Assembly: GCA_903813345.2 (NCBI GenBank)
Contig: CAIIXF020000001.1
Coordinates: 19,592,001-19,656,000 of the forward strand
Source of the DNA: Owenia fusiformis
Lineage: Eukaryota
Reading direction: 5' to 3'
Length of the DNA stretch: 64,000 nucleotides
In this document: one piece after another, positions 26,170 to 40,398 of the stretch
Layout: each line of letters begins with the position of its first letter
Position numbering within the stretch: position 1 is the first letter of the stretch
Made by a program: the position numbers and the translations under genes
The notes under the pieces: model-generated
What the model was told of the DNA's origin: nothing
Databases searched by the model: none
Seen by the model: the letters and a program-made list of their open reading frames with translations, nothing else

Positions 26170-29100
26170 GGTTTCCAAGCTTTGATAATCATGGAAAAGG
26201 TTTATACCGAAGTCTGTTGATAGTGCAAGTAAGATCATTATGAATTAAAAAACTAGCCTGTTAATTTAATTTATCAAAAAAATGTGACATATGACACCAT
26301 AATATGACACCAGTAAGCCAAAAATGACCTTGTGGTGTAATTCTGTGTAGTTATCTATGGGATACAATTGTTTTGGCTCACAGTTGTCTCTGAGGTAATT
26401 AAGACATACAAGAAACTTTATATTATACTATATTATATATGCTGATGATATATTTCGGGTGTCAAGTATACTGTTAAAAGCTACTTGTGGTCGCTAAGCA
26501 TGAACATGGAAGGGATTGTTCAACAGTTTTGACTTCATTTCAGGATCAATTTTTAAGATTATCTGGCCAAAACAATGAAAAGGAATTGGTCACTTTTCAG
26601 TTTTGATGAATTTGGATGTTTGCGCATCTTAAATCTACAACAACTCAAGTCCAATTCTGTATTGAGAAATAAAATGTTCTTAGGACATTATTTTCATGTT
26701 TTTGGGAATTTTGCGCTCCCTTCTATAAGTTATGCATGTCTTCTTCTATCGGCTTGATTTTTTTGTTCTTGTTAAGACCTTGGAGAACCATACTTCAACA
26801 ATTCTTTAAATGAAGTAAGTTACATCCAAACAAGCATTCTTCTACATATTGTAAAATAGAATTGATTTATTGCCATGTTTAATATGGAGTCTGTCAATAC
26901 AAAAACCCAAGGGAGCAATATGTCTTGTATATATAAATTCATATCCACACAATGGTATAAATATCTCAATGCAGAGAGACACTGTAGATGTGTACTCCGA
27001 TTCTTTCGTGTCAGGAATGGAAAACACTTGAGGTTTCTTTATCTATGGATTTTTCCTTAATTTGTGGATTAATAACCTGTTGGCATCTGAGATAGAAATT
27101 GCCATGATTAATTATTTAGAAGATGCTCTGACTGATTTTTAATTAGATGCTGGATAGAAGTAACAACTATTTACACTTTGATAAAGTTATTGAAGTTGAT
27201 AATTTCTGCTGCAATGTTTGGCTCTATGTAGTTGACATCATTGGTGAATATTGTTGAATTAATGCTTTGTTTCAGTCGATAAAAAACTACACCTGTAGAT
27301 TTATAACCATTTTGAATTGCTAGAATCTGACTCCCAGAGAGGTATGTCGCCAAGCTAGACACTGATAATGATGTAACATTAGAGTTATCATGTTTGATGA
27401 GATTGTCACATATTGAAATTGAATATGTTTCATTCCCTGCTATTTTGATTGCAATTTGAAACTGACAAAGTCAATTGACTTTTGACCTCAATAACAAATT
27501 AATGTGTTTTCTCGAGAGAGCAATCTTTCAGCATATGAATAGCCTACCCTGGACACTGTAGCTTATTAATAGCTTATTTGCATGATAACCATCACAACCG
27601 AACACCAACTGACTGGAATGTTCGCTAGATACCTTATAAAATATATGATTAAGACACCATCACTAGTGTATATGCCTTTTGGTTAAAAAAAACAAAAAAC
27701 AAGTAAATTGTCAATGACTTTTTTTATTGTGGTAGTACCGTTTGCATATTGGTTCTCTTGGATGAGTATTTGCTGTATGTTAGTAGTCTTTGTTTGAAAG
27801 TGTTACCTCTAATGAATTCTGATGGTAAAGTACACAGAAATGAAAGACTTCTAGTATTTCAATAAAGCTTTATTATGTGTACTGTAACTGAAAGATATGC
27901 ACCCCTTTTTTATTTCATTGATTAAAACAATGTGCTGCTCCTGATTAAAACGGTTTTTATTTCCCCTAGGTGTATACATAAGCTTGTGAATCCAATCTTT
28001 ATTAGATATAGTCATGCTATCATCTAGGGTTTGCTAACCAATGAACTTGATTTGATAGCTTATGTAGTCACTTACTGTCCCACTGGACTTCACTGCTACA
28101 CTTCCTCCACTTTAAAAAAAAGTTCGCACGAGCATTAGATTTGATAAAAACAGCAAACAACTTTCGAAATTGGTGATCTGTTTTTCTTAAAGTTTTCTTT
28201 TGTACTCTTAAGATATTTCTTATAATGATATTGAATGGAATGTCATCTTGGACTATTATTTTAAGAATTATTGGAATGAATTACATAGCGGGACCTTACT
28301 ATCAATCATTTTGTCAAAAGAAGCATTGTATGGGTATAACATGATTACCTACTTCTTGGAGTAATTGCTAGTCCTGGGATTTCTTCATATCGAAATATTT
28401 GTAATTCATATTCCGTGTAAGGTTCTATGACCCAAACTTATTGTGATGTGGCATGCTCTGAATAAATAAATTGGTATGGTGTCTCTAACATATTATTAAA
28501 TACTGTTTGGGGAAATGTTGACATGCAGACCTTATCTAATTACAAGATACCGTTCAATACAGTCTTTCGTAGACTTCATCAAGCTGCACAACTTGGTATA
28601 TGATGGTTGTGTCACAATTACATTTAATATTATTGCTTTACTGCTTGAATGATGTGATAATAGGAGACCTATTTAGCCATAATAAATAGTATAGCTTATT
28701 TATTGCACCAATTAGCGCATACTAGTATAAGACACTGAAGCCATTGGGTAATGATAACTCCAACGGGACTAGGATATAAAATATGATGATACTGTGCCTG
28801 ACCTGTCGAGTATTAATCATGGGTGGCTTTTAGAATACTCCCTTTTCGAGAGCTTGTTCACTTCAGTGGGCTGTAACAAATTACGAGAGTATATCAAATT
28901 GAAGCTAAACATAGAATCTAACATCAGATAAAGTAATGTATTGCAATCAAATAGAGAGGTTACAAGCGCTTATGACAGGACCAAAACCTTTGTAATCTAC
29001 TAAATTACCAGTTAACCCGGTCAAACTGTACATAAAACAAGTTAAACTGCAAGCAGAATTTATATCTGATTAGAGGAAGGTGACGCTAATGAGAATTTGC

Positions 29101-30206
29101 TGGTTTATTATATTGAGAACAAAGTACAATAGACTCGAACCACAATTGATTCTGACAAAGCGAGACCGACAAAGTGATACTAAGTCATATTACTTAGTAT
29201 TTCTGTCAGCCTATCAATAATGCTTGGCGTTCTTTTGACAGTCCGATATAATTAAGTAAATACGTAGTCAAATGATCGGAGACAACAACCAGGTCTTGTT
29301 TTTTGGAACACGGGGGACTACACTTGGTTGCGTGATCCTTAGTTCAGTTATCAGACAGTCTAATCCCCAAAGTTGACTTCTTAGTGCTTGTTGAATTTCA
29401 CGCAGCTTAACTCTTCTCGGGAGAAATCAATGGTCCCCATACATGTGAGGGTTTAGTATGTACAAGCATTAGGTATTGACAGTAATGTATTGATAAGGGG
29501 GACACAGGATTGCTTACTTCACTGGACAAAAGCAGTGGTAATATCAATGGCACGGCTTCTATTGTTTATTCTGTTTTATCTGAGCCAGCGCAAGATACTG
29601 GGGATCAATCAATTAATTATGAAGTATATAGGCCAGTTCTAGAATATTAATACATTGACTTGAGGAATTTCATACATTCTTCACATGTGTAGAACTGTCG
29701 TTGATAATGCAGATGATATCAATGGAATTGAATGGTTTGATGGTATTTTATCCGGAGGGGATGTTGCACTTTGTTCGCTTTATAGGATATTTACTATACC
29801 TCTCAGACCAGAATACAAGTTTCAATTAGTATGAAGCAGGATAACAGTGGTGGGAACTGGATTAATATTTTGATTATGCAATCATGACGTTTAGAAACAA
29901 AAGTGTGCTCATCCTATGTTTTGATGATATCTTTAAGGTGTCATATATCACAGTCTCATACATGGAATTAGTGTTATTATGAATTTGATTTAGCAGCTGT
30001 ATTTTACGACTTGTGAGATTTGGATTGGATTGCATACCTCAAACAATGGAGATAGAATGTGATAATAAACGTAAGAAGTGTATCGGCAGGATTAATCAAG
30101 GATTAAGGAAAATAGTAATCATACAAAGAGCATACCGATCAATGGAGTATTTCACCTTTAAATTCGTGGAAACCTTAAATTAGCACGGAATTAATCTATC
30201 CTAGTC

Positions 30207-30251
30207 ATGCTCTGTTGTGGATCCCAGAAGCAAAAATCGCCTCGCAAAAAG
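30207..30251 (+). CDS. Syd-1: Alternative first coding segment of Syd-1 encoding MLCCGSQKQKSPRKK
   Basis: ATG at 30207 with in-frame TAA at 30192. 15 codons, then donor AAG|gtatat at 30251/30252, phase 0, matching the phase-0 acceptor at 58166. MLCCG plus basic residues matches the MLCCGRRK segment I recall near the N-terminus of insect RhoGAP100F. Confidence 0.75.
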
Positions 30252-30599
30252 GTATATCTCATTGTCATTTGAAATTGATTGTTTTTCATCATGTAGTGTA
30301 GAGTTGTTTGTATGCTTCAATCATGGTATTGTTACGCTTCCCTTACTACCTATTGATTTAACCATAACGTGTGGCTTTCTCATCCTGAGTGTTGTAATTT
30401 CCACTTAAAACCTGTCAATATATATCGGAAGTTGGCGATTAAAGTACTTTGCAGATTAGCTTTTAGGTTTTTGTTGGTCATCATGGGCTTTGAGTTTTTG
30501 ATAGGATTCATTTTTTAATGTAGTCCCTGCAGAGTTTTTCACAGCATGGAGTGTGCCAGAGTATGTTGCTTTCTGTCAGCGATTTTGTCGTATGTAGTC

Positions 30600-31310
30600 T
30601 GGATATTTCAGTATGTTACTTGTAAGGGACTTTTCATTCTGTAGCCTTTGGGGCATATTGCAGTATGTAGCATGTGAGGGATATTTCAGGATGTTGCTTA
30701 TATGGGCCTTTTCAGTCTGTAGCCTTTGAGGCATATTGCAATATATGTAGTCTGTTAGGGATATTTCAGTAAGTTGCTTGTAAGGGACTTTTCAGTCTGC
30801 AGGCTTTGGGGCATATTGCAGTATATAACCTGTGGGGGATATTTCAGTATGTTACTTGTAAGGGACTTTTCAGTCTGCAGGCTTTGGGGCATATTGCAGT
30901 ATATAGCCTGTGGGGGATATTTCAGTATGTTACTTGTAAGGGACTTAAGTCTGTAGCCCTTGGGGCATATTTGGGGCAGTATTTTATAGCCTGAGGGGGA
31001 TATTTCAGTATGTTACTTGTAAGGGACTTTTAAGTCTATAGCCTTTGAGACATATTGCAGTATCTAGCCTGTGAGGGATATTTCAGTCTTTTGCTTGGAA
31101 GAAACTTTTCAGTTTTCAGCCTTTAATGGATTTTTCAGAATGTAGCCTGGACAACTTTTTACAGAATATAACCTGTAATGATTTCCAGTATATTGGCTGT
31201 GACATTTGAGTATGTAGCTTGTAAGGAACTTTTCAGTATGTTGCTTGTAAGGGATTTTATAAGAATTTGTTGAAATATGTAGCCTATAGGGATTCCAGTA
31301 TGTTGCAAAT
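30600..31310. repeat. 78-bp repeat built of three ~26-bp subunits, decaying towards the 3' end
   Basis: GGATATTTCAGTATGTTACTTGTAAG / GGACTTTTCAGTCTGCAGGCTTTGG / GGCATATTGCAGTATATAGCCTGTGGG. Confidence 0.88.
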
Positions 31311-34300
31311 ACATTTTTGTTTCAGTATATAAGATAATTTATTCTGTCTTTGGATACTCACGTTATTTCCATAACAAGAATGAACATATTTTTGACAAGT
31401 TATCTCTATGCACTTGAACTGAAGTCATTACTCCCATTACTGCTCACACAAATCACTCCTTGATAAATTATTTATCCAATCCATTAGAAAGGTAATAAAT
31501 GACCACTGTGATAGCCTCTGTCATAAAAGAGGACATAAACTATCTGTAAGAGGGGAGTAGTGTAACAGTATAACAGAATTATCAGAATATTTTGCATCAC
31601 CTTAAAACATTGATTTCTCACACCTTTTGTCTAGATGCTATTTAAATTTTTTTTCTAAGATATGATGATGTCTTCTGTAAATAGAGAGTATTGTTACAAA
31701 AAATCTATATTTTCCTTTAAGAATACTGATTGTTACTTGATACATGTTTACTTTGAGTCTGATAGAGTAATGAATTGATCAGGTTTAAAATATCATGTGA
31801 TAAATGAGGACATAAAATTCTATGTTAAAAGGGGGTAATGTAACAAAACTTCCTGTAATTGTTATCTCCTAAAGAAAACTGATATTTTTCACCTTTGCTC
31901 TGGTCGCTATATACCATTGATGTGTTTTGCCTAGACTGAAAGCTGCGAAATCAATGATACATGAATCCACTCTAACTCACTTATTAATCCATAGTCTTAC
32001 GCTAAATTTAAATATTAGCTTAGGGTAGAATAGTGATTATGTTACTGTTGGTATTCTGTGGACAAATACTGGAATTCTCATGGGGATTTATAGTGATAAC
32101 CATAAAGATGGGATATCATTGTATGTATATTACCAGATTACGTATCCCCTATCCCTCTTATATTGCCCCCTAATGCACAGCAATTGTTAATTTCTGTTCA
32201 AGTGGCTCAGTTGCATTACGTATGGCCATTGATAGAGCACATGTTGTAGCATGCTACTCCAAGGGCAAATTGAACCTTTTATTCCGAATTGATCAAGCAT
32301 CATTGAAATTTCATGTACGAATGAGGAAACACTTCCCGAGAGACACTTAGGTTTAAGTTGATTGGACGAGATAACTTAATGTCGTCTTAGAGACTTGTTC
32401 TTTTATAGACAATCTACTAAGTCTTTTTTTCAAATTAAACCATTCTATACAATCTTCATCAGATTGTTATTAAGCCCTTTATATTAATTGAACTGACGAC
32501 CTTTGGTCTCTTGGAGAAAATCCATGTACCACTATCACCTGCCAGAACAAAAACCTGTAAGCCTCACTTTTGTGTGAATTATTTTTGTACGATGGAACTT
32601 ATCTAGGGGCACATCTGTTTACCTTTGTGATCCACCAAGACATTGCACTAATGACAGGGAGAGCTAAGCCTCTTATCAGAGCTAACCATAACCATAATAT
32701 AAACCTTCAACTTGACTTACACTCAGAAGGATTGGGCTTTCATCTTTAAGTTTATGAGTATGATAGTAGTAGTATTCTTTAGTATTAATACTTTCTTTTT
32801 TGCTGGAATTTTTTGTGTGCTCATATAAATGCTATGGCATCACTGCTTCACGGGCAATGTTGATCCTTTAACATTCTAATGGTATTTGAATCTGGATTTT
32901 ATCTGTCCCACATCATTTTAGACTGAATGTTTGATGCCAGGGTTTTGGGATTCCGACCTCTTTAATTTCTCCTGTATTGTACCTGTACCTGGGATTATTT
33001 TCCGTGAGAATTGTCCTTGAATACTGAAAAGAAGGGGATCATTTGAGAGTTTCTTTGCATATTGGATATCTGAATGCATATTGTTTTCTTTTGATTAGCT
33101 TTACTGCTTGATGCATCTCTTGACCTAACTATGTGTTGATTACTTTTATAAGTTAGTACATTGCATTCAGAAGTTTGATATAACTTGAGACAAGTTTCCA
33201 TTAGGTTTTATTTCAAACCTTGTGGCTTAATACAAAAGCTGCATTATGCTTTTCTGCCTAACAAATTGTTTTTATGAAGTGAAAGGATATGGTATTAGAT
33301 AAAACATTAAATACCAAACCCCATTTTACTAAGTCTTATTATGTGACCAATCTAGGTGATAACTATCGAAAAATATACAGAAATGACCCATAAGGCTGTT
33401 TTGCCTTATTTGTAATTATCACAGTTAACAACAATAAGATGATTTCATGATACAGTTACCATATATATACTGAGTCATTTTCTAGGAGGGCTTTGGTGTG
33501 TTTTGGTACATCAGCCTTCCTGGTCCCAATATGGGGTTATAAGAATTTGGCAATGTTAACAATATTATTCCATAGTAGGCAAGAATCATGGGCTCTTGAA
33601 ATCTCATGGCAAGAATCAATAGCTTAAGTGAGTATATCAGAGATGTCACCCTAAACACGGACTGGGAAGGAGACCCTGGGGAGAATGCTCAATTAAAAGG
33701 CCGATGAAAGTTAAATGTTGATATAGATTTCCTGTCTCAACAGTAACACTTCCGAGTTTTGTTCTACTTCTTATGGTCATCTGAAAGCCACTTTGTTAAG
33801 TGCACTATTCGTGGTGTTGCTTAGTAACACTTTGTTAATTCAGTCATCAAGATATATTCTTTATTTGTGATAAGATTGTGAGAGTTTTGTAATATTGTAT
33901 TTAGCATGTTTATGCTTAATTGCCTACTTCAGCTGTCATAATCAATGGCTTTGTTTTACTCAAATATAGCTTCTGTATGGCAACTGTTGAAGGCATTGTG
34001 GTATGACTTGTCTTGAAAATGTTACTCTTGTCTTTGTGGTAATCCATTCCTATCTGCGTGAGGAAATGCAGGGGCAGAAGTGCGGGAAAGTGTAAAAGAA
34101 GTTAGACATTAAAAACATGCATTTGTGTGTGACCAGGATCCACAAATCCATTGTAACCCTCTCTGATGGTACTCATTATATCTTTCCCAACTACATGTAC
34201 ACATGGATAGAGAAAAAAGAGCCATTATTGTATTTACGAAAGGGCTCCCATTTTGTACAATGCGAGAAGCACCAACCATCCATATGTAAGAGCATAGAGA

Positions 34301-37139
34301 TATTGAAAATGAAGAAGCAGCAAGCAGAGTGTTTCATCAACAAATTTGAGGTCAATGTCCGTTCAAATAACATATCCCTCCACAAAAATATAACTGTAAC
34401 ATATAATCCATGTCAACAATAGAGCAACAATTTGACTATAAATGGGATTTAAGAACGCCCATTTTGTGTACTGATCTAAACTTTATGTTTAGTTGTACTT
34501 ATACTAATATGGTTACGATGGTCTTTGCCATCAACATCGTCTTCTGTAGGAGTACATCAGTAAGAATAACTGGCAATTTCATTATGAAATAATCTGATTG
34601 TCTCTTGGCTAGAAAATATCATTACGAACGATTGCTGAAACCATAACCTGTATATCATATCCTAATTTTGCATTTATTGTGGCAGGCTGTTTGCTAAATA
34701 TCCTACACTGTTTCCTATTAGGCAACATAAAGGGTAACTTAACACAGAAAACAATTGACAATACCAAACCCATTTACTTACATATATTCCATTCAATATA
34801 AATTTGAATGGATTTCTCGTTATATATTCAATAAACTATTTCAAGTATGTGATCAATATATCTAACATGGTCATCAATGACATCAATGGTTTGCTAGATA
34901 AAGGTTATAGAAGATATATTAAAAAAAAGTCAAATGAAAACATGTTTTTATAAACTCAAGTCAGTATTCATATAAAAAGAAATGATCATATACAACTTCA
35001 CATTGCTTGTCTACAATACTGTATTTGGCCATTTGCCTATTTATTAAGGGAGATGTGTAACCCAAATGGCTGTTCCTTGATAAGAACTACATTCTAAGAG
35101 TTTGTTTGCAATTTATGTAAAAGGCTAATGTCTGGATCTTCTGATATATCATTTTACAGATTATAGTTAGTAAAACAAAACTTAAAATAATTTATAACTT
35201 TAATCATATCATGTAACATTACATAAATAAATTCCATGTTTTAAAAATGTAATTTACTGAAAGTCAAGTTCACCTACATCAGGCCTACACTTTCATTATC
35301 ACTAGCTCATATTTTGTACTTTGCTGTCATTTACTCGATTAATGTATGTGTTTGGTAGGCTCGGGAATATAACAAAAAACATTAAATACTTAGATTTATG
35401 TCTCCATATCATGATAAACATTACCCTTGAGTCGTTGTCTATATTAAGCCAATGTTTGAAAAGGAAATTACGGTTTGGTTTGATTTTATCAGATATGTTG
35501 CTGACGTAAACATATGGGCAATTGAGGCATGTGTTGAATAAAAGGATAAGCCAAACTAACTCTTCAGAGTAATGTACTGTTTGTGCCCTCCAGTCTATAA
35601 TAGAGCAGTTGAATAATTTATGACTATAGACATGTTTCCAGACAAATTATGAATTTACAAGTTATGATAACATTTAATATCATCATATGTCATCATATTT
35701 GCAATGCTACTTATATTAATTATTGAAAACCTATTCACAAGAATTATCTAGAGGTTTGTAGTAAACTGGGAGTTCAACTATAAAAAGGATGATTTCGTAA
35801 GAATGGATTGTTAAACAAAAATAAATCATTTTGAAGGAATTCAGGTATCTTAACTAGTACATGTGCCAAAGGGAAAGAACCAAAAGTGGATACAGAACCA
35901 AGCAAGAAAAGAAAACAATGTAGTGTACACCACTCATAAGAAAAACTATCCCAACTATCCCAAACCATAATCAAAAAGGAAAATATAACAATATCTAATG
36001 CCCCTCACCTCCAAAGGACTTGCTCCTTTGAACAGCATCAAGTAAAGCAGCTATATAAATCTTCATACTGAGCAATCATTTATCTGCAACAAGTATGCCT
36101 TATAAGCTTGATCAATGTAGGGTGTCTTTAGTGAATGAAAACTACTCCTTCCACTTGTTTAAGGGCACTGAAGTTCCTCGAATTGTTCAAGAAATTATGT
36201 GTCCTGTTTTAAGGATGACCAAGCTTCATTTAGGTTTTTTTGTAATATTAGAAAACCATGTGATCTTTGTTATTTGGGTATATTAATAGATAGTTCACCT
36301 TTCCCTCCATCCTGCATTGGAAAGGGTCCATCAAGATTGTATTCATTTAATGCACTCTAGTGTATGTGTCGCTTATTATGCCTCAAACCGTGTGCATTTA
36401 TGTATTTTTTATTCAATGGGGTGATATTGTGTTACAATCCACAATTAATACCTCGTGATGAAGAAGTATATCAAGGCACCAGGAATGACAAATCGAAGTT
36501 GTCACCTAAGATTGATTGCCCATCTTATGTTCAACAACAGCGCATCTTATGCATTAAAGCGAGACCTTAATATCCTGAGACATCAGGAGGTCCCTAGGTT
36601 TCTCTACATTAAGACTGATGTACGTCATCCTGAAGCTATTTTTAAGAAAATAGAGTTCATGCTCCCATTTTGCCAATCAGAAAGTCGATCTGAACTCATT
36701 TGTCGATATGATTATGTGTACACATGCATGTTGCTCGTTGATTAGTCTCTACAGCCATTGTAACTCTCCCTAGCCTTTCCCCTTGATGGGAGCTAAATCT
36801 TAGGTCGATTGCTTTATATCTTTCTTTTTGTGGCTATTCAATCCCTTGAGATGTTTGATATAATGTTGATATAATTTGTGGTTCAGAATTTATCTCCTTG
36901 AGAGATCTCATTAGATTCTATTTTTGTTCAACAGTCTTTGTTTTATGTGGAATTAATTTGTGAGTAGTTATTGGTTAGCTTGTATCATAAGAGAAAATTA
37001 TGTGTTTTTCCAAATGAATTGGTTATTTGAGGATATAACCATTGTTTACTAGAATGGACTTGTGTTCAAAGTTGTTTATTTCCTTATTGATTCCTTTTCC
37101 AATTGTATGATGTTTGATTGGCACCCATCATTAGCATGT

Positions 37140-37545
37140 ACAATTCTTCAGCAAGTTGTGTATCAGACAATTCTTCAGCAAGTTGTGTTTCAGACAATTC
37201 TTCAGCAAGTTGTGTATCAGACAATTCTTCAGCAAGTTGTGTTTCAGACAATTCTTCAGCAAGTTGTGTTTCAGACAATTCTTCAGCAAGTTGTGTTTCA
37301 GACAATTCTTCAGCAAGTTGTGTTTCAGACAATTCTTCAGCAAGTTGTGTATCAGACAATTCTTCAGCAAGTTGTGTATCAGACAATTCTTCAGCAAGTT
37401 GTGTATCAGACAATTCTTCAGCAAGTTGTGTTTCAGACAATTCTTCAGCAAGTTGTGTATCAGACAATTCTTCAGCAAGTTGTGTTTCAGACAATTCTTC
37501 AGCAAGTTGTGTATCAGACAATTCTTCAGCAAGTTGTGTATCAGA
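37140..37545. repeat. 27-bp minisatellite, ~15 copies
   Basis: Unit ACAATTCTTCAGCAAGTTGTGTWTCAG with one variable position. Confidence 0.97.
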
Positions 37546-37885
37546 GAATATAAATGAGTCAGTCACATGAGCAAGGTCAAAATGAGAATTGAGGTCACCA
37601 TTTCAAAAAGCAATGCCACTTTAAGAAACATGGAGGTTGCCTGAGATAGCTCTGATTGTATATGAAAGGCCTTGAAGCATTGGCTGACAATGTTTGACAG
37701 AAATATGACAGACAATATAAAAAATTCATTAATACTTTCTTGAAATATGAAAACATGCAAGAGTCTTTATTGATTATGTATGCAACTGTTTACATATTAT
37801 GAGGGTAATCTAAGATGAAATTGTTGAATATACGCCGTAAGACACAAGTGTTAATGAATTTAAGGGAATTCGTATTGGAGATCAC

Positions 37886-38310
37886 TAGGGTTTGTAGAAA
37901 ATACCGGGTACTGGGTACCGGGTAGTAAATCCTCCATGCTGGGTTCAAACTTGGTACCCAGTACCCGGTCGAAAAAAATGGGTACTTCAAAAATGGGTAT
38001 TTGTTTTGAATTTACAAAATGTATGTAACTTCCTTCAAAATTGAGCTAGAAGCTTCAAATAAAAAGCATGTTAAGGCTCTTTTCTTCCTCTATCATCATC
38101 ATGGTCATATTTGCATTGGTTATGGGGGTGGGGTGCGATCACACCATCACACCCCCAGATTTAAATCATAATCAAAACAATTCACGTACCATATTCATGT
38201 CAAAAAATTGGCTTTCTAAAGATATTTAACTTAATACCAAGTTTGTACCAAGTTTGAACCCAGCATGGAGGATTTACTACCCGGTACCCACTATTTTTCT
38301 ACAAACCCGA
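37886..38310. mobile_element. MITE with ~65-bp TIRs (TAGGGTTTGTAGAAAA...)
   Basis: GGGTACCGGGTAGTAAATCCTCCATGCTGGGTTCAAACTTGGTAC recurs as its reverse complement at about 38246-38290. GAGATCACTA direct repeat at 37878-87 and 38309-18. Confidence 0.82.
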
Positions 38311-39471
38311 GATCACTATTTGCTCATACAATTATCTTCAGGTTCCTGTTGCTGATTTCCCCAATCAATAAACTTGGTTCACATCTTCCTTTTTACACAC
38401 CTCTCGTGTCTGCATTCATTGACAGCATCTGATCATAGCTATCAAGATATTTTGATAATCCTGAGATCTTTTTTCTTGACCTTCAATTCTAACATTGCAA
38501 AACCTGGATCCAATTGATATTCAAGTGTCTTTAATCAAGCTGGGTGTAAGCGTGGTAGAAAGTTTTATTGACCAGAATGTCACAGCTGCTATTTGGATGA
38601 TGTTTATAACTCTCCAAATGTCACTTGCTTGATTGTTATGCGCATCAAAGTGGCAATTGGTTTCATTTGGTTATAAGTACTGTACTTAAAAATTCATTTG
38701 ATAACATGGTGCCCGTCACTACAGAAAGGTATAAGTGACAGAAGCTATAAATTCTAAATTAGCATAATCTCTCTTAGAGTAAAAGATGTTCTAAATGAAG
38801 CCATAAATGAAAAAGCTAGACATCAACTTACAATTATAAATCTCATTAGATCAATCTAAGTTGCATTTGGAATATGATGCCAGAATATACACTGAATTGT
38901 TATCAGACATCCTCTTTTTATAGGCTTTATTCTTGAAATCAATTTGTCTTTTGTCAGCATCTCCTAGTATTAATAATTTCACGCCTTTGGCAACTTTAAA
39001 ACACACATAATTTATCATTCCTATAGACTTAGCAAACAGTGCTGGAATATTAATGTCAACTCAGGGAAATCAAAGTATTTTGTACAACCCATGATGAAGT
39101 ATATTTTGTAATATCCCAGAAAGTTACAGCAATTAGAAAAGGAAATACATCTAGAGAATGACAAATTGGTTCTGGATCCAACAGATCGTGGCAATATAGA
39201 AAGGCCAAAAGCTTCACTTGCTTAGTTGAAAAGATAATTGTGTGTTCCACCGAAAGGTTGTGTAAATTTCACACTTTAAAGTACTATGTTTAACAGCAAT
39301 TATGATTATTGCAATACCTTTGTGTATTCCTTCATGTGAGTTAATGTGTACTCTAGTTGAGGATGTACGTGTTTCAATTCACACATTTACACAAGCATTC
39401 ATCAACAACTCTAAACCAATTCAGTTCAGTGTATTCTCATTCATTATTGAAGCATAGAGCCAGTTATTTAA

Positions 39472-39762
39472 CCTCTTGACTACCTGGAGTGACGAGATTT
39501 CTCGTCACCTCAGAAATGACCTTGAAACCCAGAGTGACGAGAAAATCCGTCACAAAATTTTTCACTAAAATTGCTCTTATTTGAACAAATTTCATCCAAT
39601 TTACACAAAAATTGTTTCAAAATGTGTAGAAATGATCTCTGCCGTCTAATTTTACTAAGTTGAGTATCTGAAGTTGTATAAGTATGTAGTACAATGTCAA
39701 AAGGTGACAAAAATGAAAAAATCTCTGGTTTCAACCGATTTTAGAGCCTGGGATTCAAGAGG
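39472..39762. mobile_element. piggyBac-type MITE (TTAA TSD)
   Basis: TTAA|CCTCTTGA ... TCAAGAGG|TTAA, with subterminal repeats GAGTGACGAGA. Confidence 0.72.
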
Positions 39763-40016
39763 TTAATGTTAGTTTCAAATGTTTATACAGATATTTTTGT
39801 TTTTATCCATGTAGTTTCTGACCACTTGGAGGTATAAATGTATTGATTTGTTTAATAGGGCCATCTTCACATTACATCATTTTTATATCACCACCAAAGA
39901 CATATTGTTATAGTCTGCAACCTTTTTGTGTTTGGTATTATGTGGTTGGTGTTCAATGTCTGTAACAAATGACAAAGGACAACCAGTCATCGGGAAACCA
40001 AAACCAAATCACAAAC

Positions 40017-40398
40017 TTTTGCATTAGAGGTTGTAAGTTTAACATTGAAATATTCCATTCAGTTGCCTTTTGCATTCGAGGTTGTAAGTTTAGCATTGAA
40101 ATATTCCATTAAGTTGCCTTTTGCATTAGAGGTTGTCAATTTAACATTGAAATATTCCATTCGGTTGCCTTTTGCATTTTGAGGTTGTAAGTTTCACTTT
40201 GTAATATTTCACACAGTTGCATGTCCTGTTTCATCTGAGGTTGGAAGTTTAATATTGAAACACTGCATTGAGTTACCTTTTGCATTGAAGGTTGTTAGTT
40301 TAATATTGAAACATAGCACCCAGTTGCCTTTTACATTGTTTTGTAATTTTTGTAACATTGAAATAATGCATTTAGTTACTTGTAACATTGGGGGTTGT
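40017..40398. repeat. ~52-bp degenerate tandem repeat, ~7 copies
   Basis: TTTTGCATTAGAGGTTGTAAGTTTAACATTGAAATATTCCATTCAGTTGCC. Confidence 0.85.

Noticed and set aside
25386-26243. 285-aa and 233-aa repetitive ORFs
   Set aside because: They follow from a stop-free 42-bp unit open on both strands; non-ATG start on the + strand and no convincing exon boundaries.
36364-36745. 96-aa and 68-aa ORFs as exons
   Set aside because: No recognisable domain and no convincing splice-site pair.
37062-37570. Five overlapping repetitive ORFs
   Set aside because: Produced by a 27-bp unit lacking stops in most frames; no coding-like flanks.
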